A DNA stretch of 64,000 nt from an uncultured Gammaproteobacteria bacterium (GTDB taxonomy: Bacteria > Patescibacteriota > Patescibacteriia > XYB2-FULL-38-15), in assembly GCA_965231095.1 (NCBI GenBank), contig OZ246416.1, positions 50,938 to 114,937 on the forward strand, written 5' to 3'. Below are positions 60,834 to 64,000 of this stretch, in pieces. The position numbers and the translations under genes are program-made. Every line of letters begins with the position of its first letter. Position 1 is the stretch's first letter. The notes under the pieces are model-generated. The model made no database searches and was not told where the DNA came from. It saw nothing but the letters and a program-made list of their open reading frames with translations.

Positions 60834-61567
60834 TGGAGAGAACATACGCAAGAGCGGCGCGCTACGCGCTCTATCCGAACATGCTCGGGCTTTGCGGGCC
60901 GCGCGGAAGGGGCAAGGAAAAACTCTACGAGTATTTGACTCTCAAGACCAAGGTGGACGACCAAGAGGCGAGGGAATTACTCGAGCAATTCACCGCGGCC
61001 ACGGCCTACATGAAACTGATTGCCGCGGCAAACGAGATTCCGGACTGGCTGGATCCGAGGGTGGTTGACGCCTACTGGATTGGAAACGACCTTTTGAACC
61101 TTGTCCGCGCCGAGGATCTGAAGGAATTGATCCATGGTCTCGTTCTAGCAGGAAAGCTTGCCGAGTCCGCGGCGGAAGAAGCGATTGCCCGTGTCCACCG
61201 CGATCATCGTCCGCACCATAGCTTCCATGTTTTTGTGATCGGCGGACTTTCCGGCCAAGTGGAGCGCGGGTCAATCGGCTGGGAACTTTGCCGTATCGGC
61301 TGGGGGACGGTCGCCCGCGTCAAGCATGACGGCAACCTCACAGTTTTGGCAGAGTCTTTGTTGCAAAAGGGCGGCAAGATTTTTCCTGAACTTGAGGGAG
61401 TGGAAAGAGAGCGGCTCATCAGGCGCGACCGGGAACTTTTCCCACGCGTTTCCTCTGGTGACCTCGTTGCTTTCCACTGGGGCAGAGTGGTTGAAATTAT
61501 TGACCACGACGCAGCACGGCGGCTGGACTATTGGACCGAACGGACGCTCCGGCACTGCAGACTGTAG
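60833..61567 (+). CDS. DUF6390-like protein with a HypC-like C-terminal motif
   Basis: ARYALYPN.LG.CGP, D.RVV.AYWIGN.LL, PHHSFHVF, CRI.WG.V, GD.V.FHW. Confidence 0.75.
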   Translation: MERTYARAARYALYPNMLGLCGPRGRGKEKLYEYLTLKTKVDDQEARELLEQFTAATAYMKLIAAANEIPDWLDPRVVDAYWIGNDLLNLVRAEDLKELIHGLVLAGKLAESAAEEAIARVHRDHRPHHSFHVFVIGGLSGQVERGSIGWELCRIGWGTVARVKHDGNLTVLAESLLQKGGKIFPELEGVERERLIRRDRELFPRVSSGDLVAFHWGRVVEIIDHDAARRLDYWTERTLRHCRL

Positions 61568-61676
61568 AAAAAATCCATCGCAAACGTTTTCGGAGACTAG
61601 CTTTTAGGGGCTAGTCTTTTTTTGTGAATAAAAAATTCCGCCGAAGCGGATTTTTATTTTTGATATTTAATTTTTT

Positions 61677-62309
61677 TTAAAGTTTTTTTATAAGATTAAT
61701 TACTTCATCGTCGGTCGTCTGGCCAAATTCTTCGTAAAAAGATCCGACGGCGCCGAAAAAGGCCGGAGCTTCAAGATAAATTATTTCGTGAACTTCTTTT
61801 TTTATCAATTCCGCCGCTTCCGGCGAAGTGATAGGAGTGGCGACAATAATTTTTGCCGCGCCCATTTTTTCCACAGATTTTATTGCCGCGCGCATCGTAA
61901 GCCCGGTTGCCAGGCCGTCGTCAACAATAATGGCGGTTTTATTTTTCAGATCAAACGGCGAACGCGAACCTCGGTATAATTTTAACCGTCGCCCTGCTTC
62001 GACTTTTTCTTTTTCAATTTCATTTTGTAAATAAGATTCAGTTATTCCGTAAGCGCCGACTGTCATTTCGTCAAAAACTCCTTCGCCAGTCTCGGTAATG
62101 GCGCCGATCGCAAATTCGGGATTTCCCGGCGCGCCGATTTTTCGGGGGACAACAATATCCATCGGCAAGTTCAATTTTTTTGCCACTTCATACCCGACAA
62201 CAACTCCGCCTCTTGGCAAGGCCATGATTACGGTATTTGCCGCGTTTTTAAATTTTTCCAGCGCTTCAGCCAATTTTTGGCCTGCTTCCACGCGATTTTT
62301 GAATAACAT
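61677..62309 (-). CDS. Phosphoribosyltransferase family protein
   Basis: FKNRVEAG, LPRGGV, RKIGAP.NPE.AIGA, IIVDDGLATG.T. Confidence 0.92.
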   Translation of the reverse strand: MLFKNRVEAGQKLAEALEKFKNAANTVIMALPRGGVVVGYEVAKKLNLPMDIVVPRKIGAPGNPEFAIGAITETGEGVFDEMTVGAYGITESYLQNEIEKEKVEAGRRLKLYRGSRSPFDLKNKTAIIVDDGLATGLTMRAAIKSVEKMGAAKIIVATPITSPEAAELIKKEVHEIIYLEAPAFFGAVGSFYEEFGQTTDDEVINLIKKL

Positions 62310-62357
62310 ATTAATAAATAATAGCAGTTTTAAACATTCCGTAAAAGTGCTATAATA

Positions 62358-63125
62358 ATGAAACATATGCCGAAGCCAACATTAGCCATTGCCAGCATGA
62401 CTTGTTGTGAAGGTTGTCAGGTGGAAATTTTGAATTTAGGGAAAAGGTTATTGGACATTTTCCAGGTTTTTGATTTAGGAAATTTTTCCTGGGCAGAAGA
62501 AAAGCGCGAACGGCCAAGTTATGACATCGCTGTGGTTGAGGGCACGCCGCTTACGGAAGAGGATATAAAATATTTAAAAGAATTAAGAAAAAAATCAAAA
62601 ATTTTGGTGGCGATTGGGAGTTGCGCCCATTTGGGCGGAGTTCAGGAAATAAAAAATTACGCCGAAAAAAATAAAGATGAAAAAGTAAAATACGTTTATC
62701 CAAAATATCAGCGGATACAAAATCCGACGGTCGTGCCGGTTTGGAAAGTGGTGAAAGTTGATTATACCGTGCCGTGCTGTCCGATTGATAAAGATGAATT
62801 TTTTCGGGTGATTTCAGATATTGCTTTTGGGCGCGCGCCGCGGATTCCTCTTCGACCGGTGTGTTTTGAGTGCCAGACACAAGGATATGAGTGTCTTTTG
62901 CAAAAAGGGGAGCCGTGTCTTGGGCCAATTACGATCGGCGGTTGCAAAGCGATTTGTTTACGCAGTAAAAGATTTTGCTACGGTTGCCGCGGACCGCTCG
63001 CTGGAGCCGGATCGCAAATTAAAAAACATCTGCGGAATTTAGAAAAATTAGTTGGGAAAAAATATCTCGCCGAAATTATGGAAACCTACGGCGCGGAAGA
63101 CGATTTTTTACGAATTGAAAAATAA
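62358..63125 (+). CDS. NiFe hydrogenase small (delta) subunit
   Basis: TCCEGC, VEG, AIGSCA..GG, PCCP, VCFEC, CLGPIT..GC...C......C.GCRG. Confidence 0.9.
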   Translation: MKHMPKPTLAIASMTCCEGCQVEILNLGKRLLDIFQVFDLGNFSWAEEKRERPSYDIAVVEGTPLTEEDIKYLKELRKKSKILVAIGSCAHLGGVQEIKNYAEKNKDEKVKYVYPKYQRIQNPTVVPVWKVVKVDYTVPCCPIDKDEFFRVISDIAFGRAPRIPLRPVCFECQTQGYECLLQKGEPCLGPITIGGCKAICLRSKRFCYGCRGPLAGAGSQIKKHLRNLEKLVGKKYLAEIMETYGAEDDFLRIEK

Positions 63126-63126
63126 T

Positions 63127-64000
63127 ATGAAAATCAAAATAAGCCATCTTGCCAAAATTGAAGGGCACGCCAGTTTTTTTGCTGATATGCTCGCCGGTGA
63201 TATTCGTAACGCCAAATTAAAAATTACGATTGGTGCGCGGTTGATTGAGTCAATAATTTTAAATCGGAATTATATTGAAACGCCGATTGTGACGTCGCGA
63301 ATTTGCGGCATATGTTCCGTGGCGCACAATATCACGAGTATCAAGGCGATTGAAAACGCCCTTGGCGTGAAAATTAATCCGCAAATTGAACGGCTCCGAA
63401 AAGTTTTGGTCCTCGCCGAGCCGATTCAAAGTCATGCGGCTCATCTTTTCTTTTTGTCCTTGTCTGATTTTTTTAAATATGAAAGCGACGTTGATTTGAT
63501 AAAAAAATATCCTGACCTCGCCAAAAAAATAATTTTAATTCGTGATTTTGGGAATAAAATAAAAGATGTGGTCGGCGGGCGGGATATGCACATGATTGTG
63601 ACGGAAATTGGGGGATTTAGAAGAGTGCTCGATGATAAAATTATTCAAGGATTAATTAATGAAACTGAAGGCGTGCTTGAAGCAGCGATTGGTGCGGCGA
63701 AATTTTTTCGGGCGCTTAATTATCCAAAATATGAAAGAAAAGTTGAATTTGCCGGATTGGTTGCGTCGCGGGAGTACGCGTTTTATGATGGCATGGTTGG
63801 ATCAAATATGGGATCAGCTCGCCCCGTGAAGAAATTTTATAAAGAACTTGCGGAAAAACAAACGACCAATGATCCGACCAAGCGCGCGAGCCATCTTGGA
63901 AAAAGTTTTATGCCCGGGGCGATTGCGCGGCTGAATTTGAGCCATAAATTTTTAAATCCCGAGGCAAAAAAGTTTTTGTCATTTTTTGAAAAACCAAACG
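63127..64000 (+). CDS. NiFe hydrogenase large (alpha) subunit, 3' truncated by the window
   Basis: My translation MKIKISHLAKIEGH...SRICGICSVAH has the L1 motif RxCGxC at 63298-63315; not in the ORF track because no stop lies in the window. Confidence 0.9.
   Translation, partial: MKIKISHLAKIEGHASFFADMLAGDIRNAKLKITIGARLIESIILNRNYIETPIVTSRICGICSVAHNITSIKAIENALGVKINPQIERLRKVLVLAEPIQSHAAHLFFLSLSDFFKYESDVDLIKKYPDLAKKIILIRDFGNKIKDVVGGRDMHMIVTEIGGFRRVLDDKIIQGLINETEGVLEAAIGAAKFFRALNYPKYERKVEFAGLVASREYAFYDGMVGSNMGSARPVKKFYKELAEKQTTNDPTKRASHLGKSFMPGAIARLNLSHKFLNPEAKKFLSFFEKPN

Overview
Chromosomal segment of a bacterium using translation table 11, most likely Patescibacteria/CPR (inferred from the CPR-type pilin fusion, short EF-Ts, many housekeeping genes without a Shine-Dalgarno site, and a group-3b-like NiFe hydrogenase). 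The backbone is housekeeping: two intact tRNAs plus a tRNA 3' fragment, recG, mpg, radA, htpX/lemA, PMM/PGM, murI, rseP, pheST, dnaE, thrS, miaB/miaA, gatB, a thymidylate operon, secE-nusG-rplK-rplA, gyrB, rodA, rplY, prmC, prfA, rpmE, rpsB-tsf, gap, and a hydrogenase locus running off the right edge. No integrase, transposase, reverse transcriptase, CRISPR array or rRNA was recognised. Three further layers are visible. (1) About eight GC-richer cassettes, most with promoter, strong SD, orphan ORF and terminator, sit between conserved genes. The most striking lies between prfA and prmC, where back-to-back promoters drive a ~330-nt structured ORF-free RNA one way and a small Cys/His protein with a ~230-nt structured 3' RNA the other way. 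(2) Degenerate heptamer tandem arrays occur at many gene junctions, in frame inside prmC, miaB and miaA, and as inverted arms around an EamA gene. (3) Several palindromic REP/MITE-like families are present, one inserted into the apical stem of the L1 autoregulatory leader. Functional ideas for the orphan elements are inference; no database search or folding program was run.
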